From an archaeon BMS3Abin17 (GTDB lineage: Archaea > Nanobdellota > Nanobdellia > Pacearchaeales > GW2011-AR1), in assembly GCA_002897655.1 (NCBI GenBank), contig BDTJ01000044.1, forward strand, positions 1,605-65,604: 64,000 bases of DNA, in the 5' to 3' direction. A program made the translations under genes and the position numbers. How positions within the stretch are numbered: the first letter of the stretch is position 1; each line of letters opens with the position of its first letter. Below are positions 29,034-39,680 of this stretch, piece after piece. A model generated the notes under the pieces. The model saw only the letters and a list, made by a program, of their open reading frames with translations. It was not told the origin of the DNA and ran no database searches.

Positions 29034-31190
29034 ATGGCAGAAAAAGACATACAGAATTTAATGAAAAAGCAGGACAAAATAAGAAACATAGCAATTGCTG
29101 CACATATTGACCACGGAAAAACAACTTTTTCTGATAATCTTTTAGCAGGTGCAGGGATGATGTCTGAAGAATTAGCAGGAAAACAACTTGCGCTTGATTT
29201 TCACGAAGATGAAGCTGCAAGAGGAATCACAATTGATTCTGCATCTGTAAGCATGATTCACAATATAGGAGGAGAGGATTATTTGATTAATTTAATTGAT
29301 ACTCCTGGACATGTTGATTTTGGAGGAGATGTTACAAGAGCAATGAGGGCTGTTGATGGCTGCATAACTTTGTGCTGTGCTGTCGAGGGAATAATGCCTC
29401 AGACAGAAACTGTTCTCAGGCAAGCCTTGAAAGAATTAGTAAAACCTGTTTTATTCATAAACAAAGTTGACAGATTAATCAAAGAAGTTAAATTAACCCC
29501 CCAGGCAATGGAGCAGAAGTTTGTCTCTATTATAAATCATATTAATGAATTAATTGAGAACATTGCTCCTGAAGGATATAAAGAAAAATGGAAAGTTAGT
29601 GTTGGAGAAGGAAGTGTTGCTTTTGGTTCTGCATTCCATAACTGGGCACTTAGTTTCCCTTATATGAAAGAAAAGGGAATCACATTCAAAGATGTTATTG
29701 ATGCTTATGAAAATGATAATCATAAAGAATTGGCAAAAAAAGCCCCGTTGCATGAAGTTGTGCTTGCAATGTCTGTAAAACATCACCCAAACCCTGTTGA
29801 TGCACAGAAATACAGAATCCCAAAAATCTGGCATGGAGATATTGAATCTGAATTAGGAAAATCACTAATTAATTGTGATGCAAATGGGGAGGTTGCATTT
29901 GTCCCAATCAAAATTGTTGTTGACAAGCATGCAGGAGAGGTTGCTGCAGGAAGAATATTCTCAGGAACTATTAAACAAGGAGATGAAGTCTATATGAATC
30001 TTGCAAAAAGAAATGTAAGAGTCCAGCAAGTTTCTGTATACAAGGGTGCCCAGAGAGTTATTGTAGACGAGGTTAGTGCAGGAAACATTATTGGGGTTGT
30101 TGGATTAAAGGATGTTTTTACAGGTGAGACTGTAAGTAAAAATCCAATAGAGCCATTTGAAGCAATTAAGCATTTATTTGAGCCAGTTGTTACAAAATCT
30201 ATTGAAGTAAAAAAAGCTGCAGACTTGCCAAAACTTGTTGAAACTTTGAAACAAGTTGGAAAAGAAGACCCTTCTATAAAAGTTACAATCAACGAGCAGA
30301 CAGGAGAGAGTTTAATCTCAGGCATGGGGGAGTTACACCTGGAAATTATTGAAAACAGGATTAAAACAGAAAAAGGATTAGATGTTTATACCTCTGCCCC
30401 CATAATTGTATATAGGGAAACAGTAAGTAAAGAGTCCTCTGCAACAGAAGGGAAAAGCCCAAACAAGCACAATAGCTTTTTTATTAGAGTAGAACCCTTA
30501 GAAGATAATATTTATAACGCAATCCAAAGCGGAGATATAAGTGAAGGAAGAATTAAAAAGAAAGATAAATCTCTTGCAGAAGTTTTTTCTAATCTTGGAT
30601 GGAGTGGAGATGAAATAAGAAATATTAGAGATATCTATAAGGGAAATGTTTTCATGGATGAGACAAGAGGAGAGGTTCATATTGGAGAAGTTATTGAGAT
30701 GGTGTTAGATGCTTTTGAAATGGTTATGGACCAGGGTCCTTTGGCACGTGAGCCTTGCATAAAGATGAAAGTATCCTTAGTTGATATTAAACTCCACGAA
30801 GATGCTATACACAGAGGTCCTGCACAAGTTTATCCTGCTGTGAGAGAAGCAATTACAGAGTCTATGAAAAATGGAAATGCGACAATGCTTGAGCCATTGC
30901 AGATACATTTAATTGAAATGCCAGATAAATTCTTAAGTGCTGTGACTAAATTAGTTGGTGGCAAAAGGGGACAGATGATTGAAGTCAAGCAAGAAGGAAC
31001 AAATGCGACCATGAAGGCAAAGATTCCTGTAGCAGAGATGATTGGTTGGAGCAATGATTTACGTTCTGCAACAGAAGGCAGGGGAGTCTCTTCTTTAATG
31101 GAACAAGAGTTTGAGAGAGTCCCAGCAAGTTTAAAGGCAGAGGTTGTTAGAAAAATCAGAGACAGAAAAGGTCTTGCTGAGAATCAGTAA
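29034..31190 (+). CDS. fusA: elongation factor 2 (aEF-2)
   Basis: G-domain motifs AHIDHGKTT, DTPGH and NKVD, and a C-terminal diphthamide-region fold. Confidence 0.95.
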   Translation: MAEKDIQNLMKKQDKIRNIAIAAHIDHGKTTFSDNLLAGAGMMSEELAGKQLALDFHEDEAARGITIDSASVSMIHNIGGEDYLINLIDTPGHVDFGGDVTRAMRAVDGCITLCCAVEGIMPQTETVLRQALKELVKPVLFINKVDRLIKEVKLTPQAMEQKFVSIINHINELIENIAPEGYKEKWKVSVGEGSVAFGSAFHNWALSFPYMKEKGITFKDVIDAYENDNHKELAKKAPLHEVVLAMSVKHHPNPVDAQKYRIPKIWHGDIESELGKSLINCDANGEVAFVPIKIVVDKHAGEVAAGRIFSGTIKQGDEVYMNLAKRNVRVQQVSVYKGAQRVIVDEVSAGNIIGVVGLKDVFTGETVSKNPIEPFEAIKHLFEPVVTKSIEVKKAADLPKLVETLKQVGKEDPSIKVTINEQTGESLISGMGELHLEIIENRIKTEKGLDVYTSAPIIVYRETVSKESSATEGKSPNKHNSFFIRVEPLEDNIYNAIQSGDISEGRIKKKDKSLAEVFSNLGWSGDEIRNIRDIYKGNVFMDETRGEVHIGEVIEMVLDAFEMVMDQGPLAREPCIKMKVSLVDIKLHEDAIHRGPAQVYPAVREAITESMKNGNATMLEPLQIHLIEMPDKFLSAVTKLVGGKRGQMIEVKQEGTNATMKAKIPVAEMIGWSNDLRSATEGRGVSSLMEQEFERVPASLKAEVVRKIRDRKGLAENQ

Positions 31191-31241
31191 CTGATTCTTG
31201 GATATAAGAATCATTATAAACCTTTAAATAATAATTATAAG

Positions 31242-31574
31242 ATGATTAAAGATGAGAGATTATCAGGGCATGCTAGTTATACATTTCCAAATATGCTTGG
31301 AAATGCCTATGGAGTTTATAGATTAGAATATATTATGAGTTTATCCCAAAGTAGTCTTAAAGTATCTTTTGGTGATGGAGAGAATGTATTGTTTCAAAAA
31401 GATGGGAAAAATATGGATGAGATAAAGATTTCCAATCCATCTCTGGCTAATGATAAATTTGAAGGAATGGATAATGTTTATAGACGAAATCTTGCAAGGT
31501 TCGTTGATTCAAAGGGAGATAGATTATTATTGAAAGGTATTGCTAAGAGTTTAGATTTTGAGAATCGTAGATAA
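31242..31574 (+). CDS. hypothetical protein
   Basis: 110-aa ORF. A hairpin at 31596-31630 (11-bp stem) downstream is terminator-like. Confidence 0.35.
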   Translation: MIKDERLSGHASYTFPNMLGNAYGVYRLEYIMSLSQSSLKVSFGDGENVLFQKDGKNMDEIKISNPSLANDKFEGMDNVYRRNLARFVDSKGDRLLLKGIAKSLDFENRR

Positions 31575-31775
31575 ATCTTTGATTTTCGTGGTTTTCTATC
31601 AAATCTTTTGCTACTCCTCAGGCAAAAGATTTATAAACCTATTTTTTTATTAATGATTATTATAAAATTCTTTTCAGAATTTTTATATTAAATTATATAC
31701 AGATACAAAAATGGCAAAAGAAAATCTAACGATTTTCTAAACCATTTTTTACAAAAACCAAAAACATAAAAAAAA

Positions 31776-33059
31776 ATGGCAAAAGAAAAACAAAACATGA
31801 ATGTTGTGTTCGTGGGACACGTCGACGCTGGAAAGTCAACAATAGTTGGAAGAACAATGTTTGACTCAGGTCTTGTTCCTGAACAAGAGATGAAAAAACT
31901 TAGGGAAGAGGCTGAAAAGCATGGTAAAGCTGGTTTTGAATTTGCATATATTATGGATAATATTAAAGAAGAGAGAGAAAGAGGAGTTACAATTGACTTG
32001 TCATACAAGAAGCTTATGACTCAAAAATGGCAGATAACAATAATTGATGCTCCTGGGCACAGAGACTTTGTTAAGAACATGATTACTGGTGCTTCTCAAG
32101 CAGATTCTGCTTTCTTAGTTATTGCTGCACAATCAGGAGTTCAGCCACAAACTACAGAGCACTTATGGTTGCTAAGAACAATGGGTGTAAAAAACCTTGC
32201 TGTTGCAATTAACAAGATGGATTCTGTGGATTATGACGAGGCAAAATTCAACAAAGTTAAGGAAGATGTTGGAAAATTGCTAAAGGGAGTTGGAATTGAT
32301 CCTGAAAAAACTACTTTTATTGCATGCTCAGGATTACAGGGAGATAATATTGTTAAAAAATCAGATAAAATGGCCTGGTATAAAGGACCAACAATAATAG
32401 AACAGTTTGATTTGTTCCCTGCTCCTGAATTGCCAACAAATTTGCCAATGAGAATGCCTGTTCAGGATGTTTATGAAATCACAGGTATTGGAACAGTTCC
32501 TGTTGGAAAAATAGAAACAGGAGTTATGAAATCTGGTATGAAAGTTAAAGTACTTCCTGGGAGAACAGGTGAAGGAATTGAGGGAGAGGTTAAAACAATA
32601 GAAATGCATCATGAAATACTTTCTGATGCACAAGCAGGAGACAATGTAGGAATTAATATTAGAGGAGTAGGTAAAAAAGATATTGCAAGAGGAGATGTTA
32701 TCTGTGAGGCATCAAACCCAGTTCCAATAGTAGAAGAGTTTATTGGGACAATCACAGTAATTAATCATCCAACAGTTCTTGCTAAAGGTTATACTCCAGT
32801 ATTCCATATTCACACAGCACAAGTTCCTTGCCAGTTTACAGAATTAATTGCTCAAATTGATCCAAGAACAGGTGAGGTTATTAAAGAAAATCCTGACTTC
32901 CTAAAAAACGGAGATACAGCAAAAGTTAGAATAAAACCCCAGGGAAATGTTGCTTTAGAGACACAAAAAGATAATGCTTATATGAGTAAGTTTGCAGTAA
33001 GAGATGCAGGTGCAACTGTTGCTGCTGGAATGTGCACTGAGATAGTTAAAAAGAAATAA
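31776..33059 (+). CDS. tuf: elongation factor 1-alpha
   Basis: GHVDAGKST, DAPGH and NKMD motifs. Confidence 0.95.
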   Translation: MAKEKQNMNVVFVGHVDAGKSTIVGRTMFDSGLVPEQEMKKLREEAEKHGKAGFEFAYIMDNIKEERERGVTIDLSYKKLMTQKWQITIIDAPGHRDFVKNMITGASQADSAFLVIAAQSGVQPQTTEHLWLLRTMGVKNLAVAINKMDSVDYDEAKFNKVKEDVGKLLKGVGIDPEKTTFIACSGLQGDNIVKKSDKMAWYKGPTIIEQFDLFPAPELPTNLPMRMPVQDVYEITGIGTVPVGKIETGVMKSGMKVKVLPGRTGEGIEGEVKTIEMHHEILSDAQAGDNVGINIRGVGKKDIARGDVICEASNPVPIVEEFIGTITVINHPTVLAKGYTPVFHIHTAQVPCQFTELIAQIDPRTGEVIKENPDFLKNGDTAKVRIKPQGNVALETQKDNAYMSKFAVRDAGATVAAGMCTEIVKKK

Positions 33060-33270
33060 TTAACAGATTCTTTAGACAATTAAACTCTATATAAAACTTA
33101 AGATGACAAATATGTATGATGTAAGAAATGAAGAAACTTCCACAGATAGAAGTTCAGAAGAATATAGAATATCAAACAGAGAACTATTAGAGAGATGTGG
33201 TTTGCTTAGAAAAGATCCATTCATGTTTAGCATGTTTGGGGGGGAATCCTCAAACACAGATAGAAAATAT

Positions 33271-33513
33271 TTAAGATAATCCTACTGCATTAGGAAAAAA
33301 ATCTTCTAATTTCATCTCTAATAATGCTATTTTTCTTTCAGAAAGATTAGTAATAGATGTTTGGTCTGGTAATTCTCCAACATTCTCAATTATTCCATCT
33401 TTTTCAGCTTTAACCATTGCATGAAGAAGCAATGCGTATTTCCCTTTTTTTAAAAGAAAATTTTCTTCAATTTTAGCAACTAAATAATCTTTTCGGAGAG
33501 TATCGTAATCCAT
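33271..33513 (-). CDS. hypothetical protein
   Basis: 80-aa ORF. Confidence 0.3.
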   Translation of the reverse strand: MDYDTLRKDYLVAKIEENFLLKKGKYALLLHAMVKAEKDGIIENVGELPDQTSITNLSERKIALLEMKLEDFFPNAVGLS

Positions 33514-33574
33514 ACAAAATCTTATAATTAATTGTTTTATAATCCTATTTCACAACAACTAATTTTATATATTC

Positions 33575-34159
33575 TTGATTATTTCCAAAAACATGCTACA
33601 CAAAGACATGCAAAAGCATGAGATTGAGGATGCACTTGCAGATAAAGGTGATTTTGTTAAGATAGAGAGATTAACTAGCTTTCTAAAAGAAGAATTACCT
33701 ATAGATATAAAGAAATTTGTTTATCTAAAACTTGCAGAGCTTTATGAAAAAACAGGAATGTTGGTTGATTCTGCAAAGATGTATGATAATGCTGCTCTTA
33801 TCTCTATTGCTTTTTCAGAAAAGATTAAGCATTATGTTAAAGAGACAGAATTGCATATCAAGGCAGGTCATTTTGACATGGCTGAAGAGTCAATGAAAAA
33901 AGCAATGGGAAATGCAAATGTAGTTGAAAAAAATGAGATTTATATTACTATTAAAGATTTTTATAAAAGGCAGGCAGAAGCATATGAGAGAGATATAAGA
34001 AGAGGGCATGCTGCAAGAATCTATGAAAAGGTATTGGAGATGAACATATCTGACTTAGAACGATTGGAGATAAGGAAAAAATTACTTGTTTTATACGAAA
34101 AACTTGGAAGATTTAAAGAATATAAGCTGTTAAAGGGATTAGACAATGGAAATCCCTAA
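33575..34159 (+). CDS. hypothetical helical (TPR-like) protein
   Basis: 194 aa, alpha-helical composition. Overlaps the next ORF by 14 nt. Confidence 0.4.
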   Translation: MIISKNMLHKDMQKHEIEDALADKGDFVKIERLTSFLKEELPIDIKKFVYLKLAELYEKTGMLVDSAKMYDNAALISIAFSEKIKHYVKETELHIKAGHFDMAEESMKKAMGNANVVEKNEIYITIKDFYKRQAEAYERDIRRGHAARIYEKVLEMNISDLERLEIRKKLLVLYEKLGRFKEYKLLKGLDNGNP

Positions 34160-34451
34160 ATCTATTAAGGTTAATACTGGTGAACAAAGAGAAGTTCAAC
34201 CAAAAATTGATGCATTTTTTAAATCAATATATGAGGATATAAGCACAAAAGATGAATGTTCATTCAATCATTCTGATTTTGAGATTAAATTACAAGGATT
34301 ATATGATTATCCTGAAACTATATTAAACGATAAAATCCATTATTGTTCTTACAAAGGGAGGGTTGTAGGAATTGTTATTGAGGCTAGAACAGAACATAAC
34401 TATGTTAATTTTGACTTTTTTAGGAAAAATTTAGAGAATCTTTTAGATTAA
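34146..34451 (+). CDS. hypothetical protein
   Basis: 101-aa ORF, translationally coupled to the upstream gene. Confidence 0.35.
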   Translation: MEIPKSIKVNTGEQREVQPKIDAFFKSIYEDISTKDECSFNHSDFEIKLQGLYDYPETILNDKIHYCSYKGRVVGIVIEARTEHNYVNFDFFRKNLENLLD

Positions 34452-34556
34452 AACAAACACAGTCCGAATAATCTCAAACTAACCGAATAGTTTTCTTTCT
34501 GTCCAAGAAGTGTACGAAAAGTAAAGGGTTAAAAATAAGGATTTCTTGAGAAATAA

Positions 34557-37500
34557 ATGGGAAAAAACCTATTTAATGAAAAGACTATTGAAAAGAATAT
34601 AGCTAAAATAGAGCCAACAGCCAAACAAAGTACTGCTTCTAAAAGATGGATAAAATTAATAGAAACTAATCAGCTTCAAAATGAGAAATCAGCTTATATA
34701 GAATTTGCCAATACAATTCTTAGGGATTTGTTAAATTATAATATTAATATAGAAGAACTGAAACACGAAGAAAATTATATGGAGTTCTTATTTAAAGATA
34801 GTTCTAAAAGTAATCTTGTTGTTTTTGAAGCAAAAGGAACAAAAACTAAAGATTTATGGGCTCCCCAAGGAAGAAGTGTAAAAATAAAAGAAACTCCTGT
34901 GAATCAAATTAATTATTATTTAATGCATAATAAAATACCTTATGGGGTTTTAACTAATTATAAGGAATTTGTTTTATTTAAAAGAGAAGAAGGAGATTCA
35001 AAATTTCATAAGATTGATTTTTTAGAGATTAAGAATAATCAAGACAAATTAAAAGAATTTATTTTTATCTTTTCTAAAGAAAGTTTTGAGAAAGATGATA
35101 CCACAAAATTATATAAGGATTCTATAGTAGAAGAAAGAAATTTAACAAAAGAGTTTTATAAATTATATCATGAAACAAGACTTATGATTCTTAAAGAATT
35201 TAAAGAAAGTGAATTAGAAAATGAAATCTGCTTACATTGTACTCAATTATTTCTAAATAGATTAATGTTTATCTTCTTTGCAGAAGATACCAATTTACTT
35301 GATAAGAGATATTTTGAGATTAAACTATTAGAAGTTCTTGATAAAAGCAGTGGAGTAATAGATGGACACACAAATTATATTTTTGGAAAAATAAAAAGTA
35401 TCTTTAGAGAATTAGATAAAGAAATACCAAAACAAATAAAGGGTTTTAATGGTGAATTATTTAAAAAAGAAATTGATGGTAGATTATCTTTTAAAGATTA
35501 TAGAAGTAAACCTTTTTTTAATGAAGTAAAACAGAGTTATAGACTTGACAAAAATATAGAATTATACGAGAATGATAAGAAGATTTTTAACAAACATAAA
35601 AATAGATTAAGCAAAATAATAGAGAATATATTACTTATGGCTTCTTTTGATTTTAAATCAGAAGTTAATGTTAATATTTTAGGGCATATATTTGAACAAT
35701 CAATTTCTGATATAGAAAATTTAAAAGAAGAAAGAATATCTAAAAGAAAACAAGAAGGGGTCTTTTATACTCCTGAATATGTAACTGAGTATATTTGTAA
35801 GAATACAATAATACCTTACTTATCAAAAAATGGAACTAATGATATTAATGAATTAATAGATGAATATTCTAATAATATAGAAGAATTAGAGAAAAAATTT
35901 AAATCAATAAAAATTTTAGATTCTGCTTGTGGCTCTGGGGCTTTTCTAATTAAAGCAACAGAAGTTTTATTTGAAATCTTTGAAAAGATACAATTTGTTA
36001 AAGAAAATTATGGGGATTATGAAGCAAAAAGGGGTTTAAAGAGAAAAAGTAATTTTAAAGGACAATTAACTTTTAAGAAATGGGATGAAAAAGATGAGAT
36101 TAAAAATATTATAGAAAATAATATCTATGGAGTAGATATTAATGAGGAATCAGTTGAGATAACTAAATTATCATTATTCTTAAAGATAGCAAGAAAGAAT
36201 AAAAAATTGATTGACTTATCTGGCAATATCAAACAAGGAAATAGTTTAGTTAGTGATGATAAAATAGATAAGAACTTAGCTTTTGATTGGAACAAAAATT
36301 TTCCAGAGATTATGGATAATGGTGGTTTTGATGTTGTTATAGGTAACCCTCCTTATGTGTTCACAAGAGAAGTAGAGTTTAATGATAAATTTAAGGAATA
36401 TATAGCAAATAATTATCTTAATGCAAAAGATTCTATTTCAAAGAGCCATGCAAGACAATCTGGAAAGATTAATCTTTATTCTCTTTTCTTAATAAAGGGT
36501 AAGGATTTATTAAGAGATAATGGAGTTATTAGTTTTATAATTCCTAATAATCTCTTGAGAACAACTACTTATGATATTGTTAGAAAACAACTTTTAGATA
36601 ATTTTGATATTTCTGAAATAGTGGATATGGGAACAGGAGTTTTTGAAGGAGTTACAGCTTCAACAATTATTATAAAAATGAGGAAAGATAGTAATAAAGA
36701 AAGGAGAAATAAAAATTTAATTGAAATAATACCTAACTTTGAGAACTTAAGAAAGAAAAATAAAATAGAACAAATAAATTTTCTAAAAAATACAAGTTAT
36801 GCGTTCAATATTGTTTCAAATAAATCTGATAGAAAATTATTAGATAAGATTATAGAAGGTTGTATAGACCTGGGTGATATAATCACTATTCACGCTGGAG
36901 GAATTGCAACAGGAAAAAACAAAAAAGGGATGATTGAGAATTGGAAGAAAAGTGAAAAACATAAACCTATGTTAGAAGGAAAAGATATAAAACCTTTTTA
37001 TCCTGTTTTTTCTGAAAGATATATTTTATATGAAAAAAAGCTACTTTATAGAGCAAGAGAAGAATCTATATTTTTGAACCCAGAAAAATTAATCACTCAA
37101 AGGATAAGTGGAGGATTAAAACCTCTTGTTACAAGTTATGATAATGAAAAATATTACACGTTCAATTCTACTAACACAATATTATCAAAAAATAATGAAC
37201 ACTCATTAAAATATATTCTAGCTCTATTAAATTCAAGATTAATTAATTGGTATTATGTAAGTAAGTTTACAAATAAGTCAAATTTAACTGTTAATATCTC
37301 TAAAACATTTTTAGAAAAGATACCTATAAAAAAAATATCTCCAGAACAACAAAAGCCATTTATTGAAAAATCTGATTTTATGATAGATAAAAATAAAAAA
37401 TTTTATGAAATAAAAAAGAAATTCATAAAGTTAGTTAAGTATAAATATAACTTAGATAAAATCTCACGAAAGTTAGATACATTTTACAAACTTAATTTTA

Positions 37501-37706
37501 AAGAATTTATTAGTGAAATACAAAATAAAAATAAAGTAATGAGTATAGAAAAAGAAGCTGAGTTAATGGATTTTTTTGAAAAGAACAAAAAAGAAGTTTT
37601 AGAATTAGTTAATGAAGTTTCTAAAACAGAAAGAGAAATAGATGAGATGGTTTACAAGCTCTATGGGATAACAGACAAAGAAAAAGAGATTATTGAAAAG
37701 TCTTAA
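34557..37706 (+). CDS. Type IIG restriction-modification enzyme (MmeI-like): N-terminal PD-ExK endonuclease, gamma-class N6-adenine methyltransferase and C-terminal target-recognition region
   Basis: D81-x9-E91-x-K93 has the same spacing as the MmeI catalytic D-x9-E-x-K. MTase motif X (GVFYTPEYV), motif I (ILDSACGSGAFLI) and motif IV (NPPY). Length 1049 aa. Confidence 0.8.
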   Translation: MGKNLFNEKTIEKNIAKIEPTAKQSTASKRWIKLIETNQLQNEKSAYIEFANTILRDLLNYNINIEELKHEENYMEFLFKDSSKSNLVVFEAKGTKTKDLWAPQGRSVKIKETPVNQINYYLMHNKIPYGVLTNYKEFVLFKREEGDSKFHKIDFLEIKNNQDKLKEFIFIFSKESFEKDDTTKLYKDSIVEERNLTKEFYKLYHETRLMILKEFKESELENEICLHCTQLFLNRLMFIFFAEDTNLLDKRYFEIKLLEVLDKSSGVIDGHTNYIFGKIKSIFRELDKEIPKQIKGFNGELFKKEIDGRLSFKDYRSKPFFNEVKQSYRLDKNIELYENDKKIFNKHKNRLSKIIENILLMASFDFKSEVNVNILGHIFEQSISDIENLKEERISKRKQEGVFYTPEYVTEYICKNTIIPYLSKNGTNDINELIDEYSNNIEELEKKFKSIKILDSACGSGAFLIKATEVLFEIFEKIQFVKENYGDYEAKRGLKRKSNFKGQLTFKKWDEKDEIKNIIENNIYGVDINEESVEITKLSLFLKIARKNKKLIDLSGNIKQGNSLVSDDKIDKNLAFDWNKNFPEIMDNGGFDVVIGNPPYVFTREVEFNDKFKEYIANNYLNAKDSISKSHARQSGKINLYSLFLIKGKDLLRDNGVISFIIPNNLLRTTTYDIVRKQLLDNFDISEIVDMGTGVFEGVTASTIIIKMRKDSNKERRNKNLIEIIPNFENLRKKNKIEQINFLKNTSYAFNIVSNKSDRKLLDKIIEGCIDLGDIITIHAGGIATGKNKKGMIENWKKSEKHKPMLEGKDIKPFYPVFSERYILYEKKLLYRAREESIFLNPEKLITQRISGGLKPLVTSYDNEKYYTFNSTNTILSKNNEHSLKYILALLNSRLINWYYVSKFTNKSNLTVNISKTFLEKIPIKKISPEQQKPFIEKSDFMIDKNKKFYEIKKKFIKLVKYKYNLDKISRKLDTFYKLNFKEFISEIQNKNKVMSIEKEAELMDFFEKNKKEVLELVNEVSKTEREIDEMVYKLYGITDKEKEIIEKS

Positions 37707-38893
37707 TCTTCTTCAACATCCTTCCGTTTACTTAATGATAATCTAAAATCCCGGATAATATCAACCATCTTTTTAAGTTCATTATCAATATTCCCCCCAA
37801 CAACCTTGCTATTTAATCTCGGATAACAAATCATTGAAAGTTCTTCGTATAGTCCTTTATCCTTCATTAACTGAATAAACTTTTCTTTATTCTCACCTTC
37901 TGGCATTACAATCTTATCAAACTCTTTAACAGAACATTTCTTGTTTGAACCATAAACAATATCAACCCCAAACTGTTTTGCATATTTTATCAAATTATCT
38001 TTAAATTCTTCTTCTGCTTTTTTTAATTCTGCTTGTTTAGTTTTAACTTCTGAATATTCATCTACTAATTTAACTCCTTCATCTTCCTTGAATTTTTTAA
38101 TATCTTCAATTTTTTCTAATTCAACTTCGTGTTTAAAACTTGGGCATTGTTCTTTGTAAACACAATAATCACAAAGTGCAGATTGTTTTCTTGGAAATTC
38201 TTTAGCATTTTCAATTTCTTTTATTCTTTCAATAACATCTTGTTGTAATTTCTCCAACTGCTCATCTGTTCTTTCTGAAATAGCATCTTTGTTAAAAGCC
38301 AACATATGCCAAATCAATTTAACAGATTTAGCATCTGGAAATTTGTCTTTAACCCAAACAGAATAAAGAGCAAGTTGCCTGTCTGAATCAGCTTCTCCTT
38401 GATCCTTCATTCTTGCATTTGTTTTATAATCACAAACAAAATAATTTCCTTTATTATCACAACCTAACTTATCTATCCTAACATGCCACTGGTTTCCATC
38501 AGAAAGGGTCATTCTATCGGTTGTCTCTAATCCTAAGATTGTCATCTCTTCAAACGGTTTCATTCTTTCATAATAATGAGTAATAAACTTCTCACCCATT
38601 TTCTTATAGTTATTAGCAGTAAGTTTTTCTTTCTCTGCTTTAACAATTAGAATATCTTCAGAATAATTTTTATCCCACAAATCTCTATAAAACTTAATTA
38701 AAACATTCAAGGCAACTCTTTTCTTAAACTTCTTTAATTTATACAAATGTTCTAAAGTTTGATGAACTATCTCTCCCATAAACGCTTCTATTGTTGTAGG
38801 AACATTAACTTTAACTTTATCAATATATCTTAATTTATATTGGTAAGGACAATTTTCAAAACAAGAAACTCTGGAGTGTGAATAGGCTGTCAT
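37703..38893 (-). CDS. Cas4-like PD-(D/E)xK nuclease with a 4-Cys Fe-S cluster signature and an uncharacterised ~150-aa C-terminal extension (start set at MTAYSHSR...)
   Basis: YSHSRVSCFENCPYQYKLRY N-terminal motif. VCDYK D/ExK motif. C-terminal CDYCVYKEQC (Cx2Cx5C) combined with an N-terminal Cys, the Cas4/AddB Fe-S arrangement. Start adjusted away from the overlapping MYSQT... extension. Confidence 0.65.
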   Translation of the reverse strand: MTAYSHSRVSCFENCPYQYKLRYIDKVKVNVPTTIEAFMGEIVHQTLEHLYKLKKFKKRVALNVLIKFYRDLWDKNYSEDILIVKAEKEKLTANNYKKMGEKFITHYYERMKPFEEMTILGLETTDRMTLSDGNQWHVRIDKLGCDNKGNYFVCDYKTNARMKDQGEADSDRQLALYSVWVKDKFPDAKSVKLIWHMLAFNKDAISERTDEQLEKLQQDVIERIKEIENAKEFPRKQSALCDYCVYKEQCPSFKHEVELEKIEDIKKFKEDEGVKLVDEYSEVKTKQAELKKAEEEFKDNLIKYAKQFGVDIVYGSNKKCSVKEFDKIVMPEGENKEKFIQLMKDKGLYEELSMICYPRLNSKVVGGNIDNELKKMVDIIRDFRLSLSKRKDVEED

Positions 38894-38894
38894 T

Positions 38895-39680
38895 TTAATA
38901 TTTATCCGCTTTCTTTGGATAGATAACCCCCACAACAATATATGTTTTGAATCTATAATGTGTTCCAACAACAAAATAAAAATCTCTCTTGTTTGGGAGT
39001 ACATTAAAAAATTTATCCTTTACTTTTTCAAATACTACTTTTTCATCTTTGTATTTTCCCTGTTCCCTATATTTATCACAATTCCTATATAGTGCTATAA
39101 GCTCCCAATCCTCACACATAATTTTATGTTGGATAGGGCAAGATTCTGAGCAATTAAACTTATACGAAAAAAGATTTTTGGGAATCCATATTTTTACTGC
39201 AGACTCTCCATCAATTAATGTTGTTTGTTTTCCTTTCTCTTTAATCTTTTTATAATTTTCATTAGCCTCTTCCACAAAATCAATTAGTTTGTTAGGTTTT
39301 ATTATTCCTAAGGATACTTCTCTAGGATTTTTAGCATAAAGTTCTTCTAAAGAAATTATCTTTTGTTCTATTAATTCTTTAAGTTCTTTAAATGACGCTG
39401 GACCCAAGTCTTTAATTGTTTTTGTAATAATCTTACGACTTTCTGGTCTATGGTCAGAAGGTTCATCACTTTCAGTTTCATACTCTATCCAATTTTTCTT
39501 CTTGAAACTTTTCTCATTCCAAAATACTTCAAATGGTACAGGATATATTCTTCTTAATTCTCCCTTATCTGTTATTCCAGCTACACATACAAGATGTTCA
39601 TACTTTTTACTTACTATTGGATAAGTTTTTGTTAATACTAATAATTTTTCTTTCATTTTCATAAATTGTTTACTTTCCAA
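38895..39680 (-). CDS. hypothetical Cys-rich protein (CSESCPIQHKIMC...C cluster), middle gene of the cassette
   Basis: 261-aa ORF. Its stop lies 1 nt from the start of the nuclease gene, and it overlaps the upstream DUF488 gene by 22 nt. Confidence 0.45.
   Translation of the reverse strand: MESKQFMKMKEKLLVLTKTYPIVSKKYEHLVCVAGITDKGELRRIYPVPFEVFWNEKSFKKKNWIEYETESDEPSDHRPESRKIITKTIKDLGPASFKELKELIEQKIISLEELYAKNPREVSLGIIKPNKLIDFVEEANENYKKIKEKGKQTTLIDGESAVKIWIPKNLFSYKFNCSESCPIQHKIMCEDWELIALYRNCDKYREQGKYKDEKVVFEKVKDKFFNVLPNKRDFYFVVGTHYRFKTYIVVGVIYPKKADKY

Noticed and set aside
33060-34556. Search for rps10 downstream of tuf among the ~100-aa ORFs
   Set aside because: None of the candidate ORFs (33271..33513, 34146..34451, 31242..31574, 28645..28956) resembles uS10. 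The gene is judged absent from this window.
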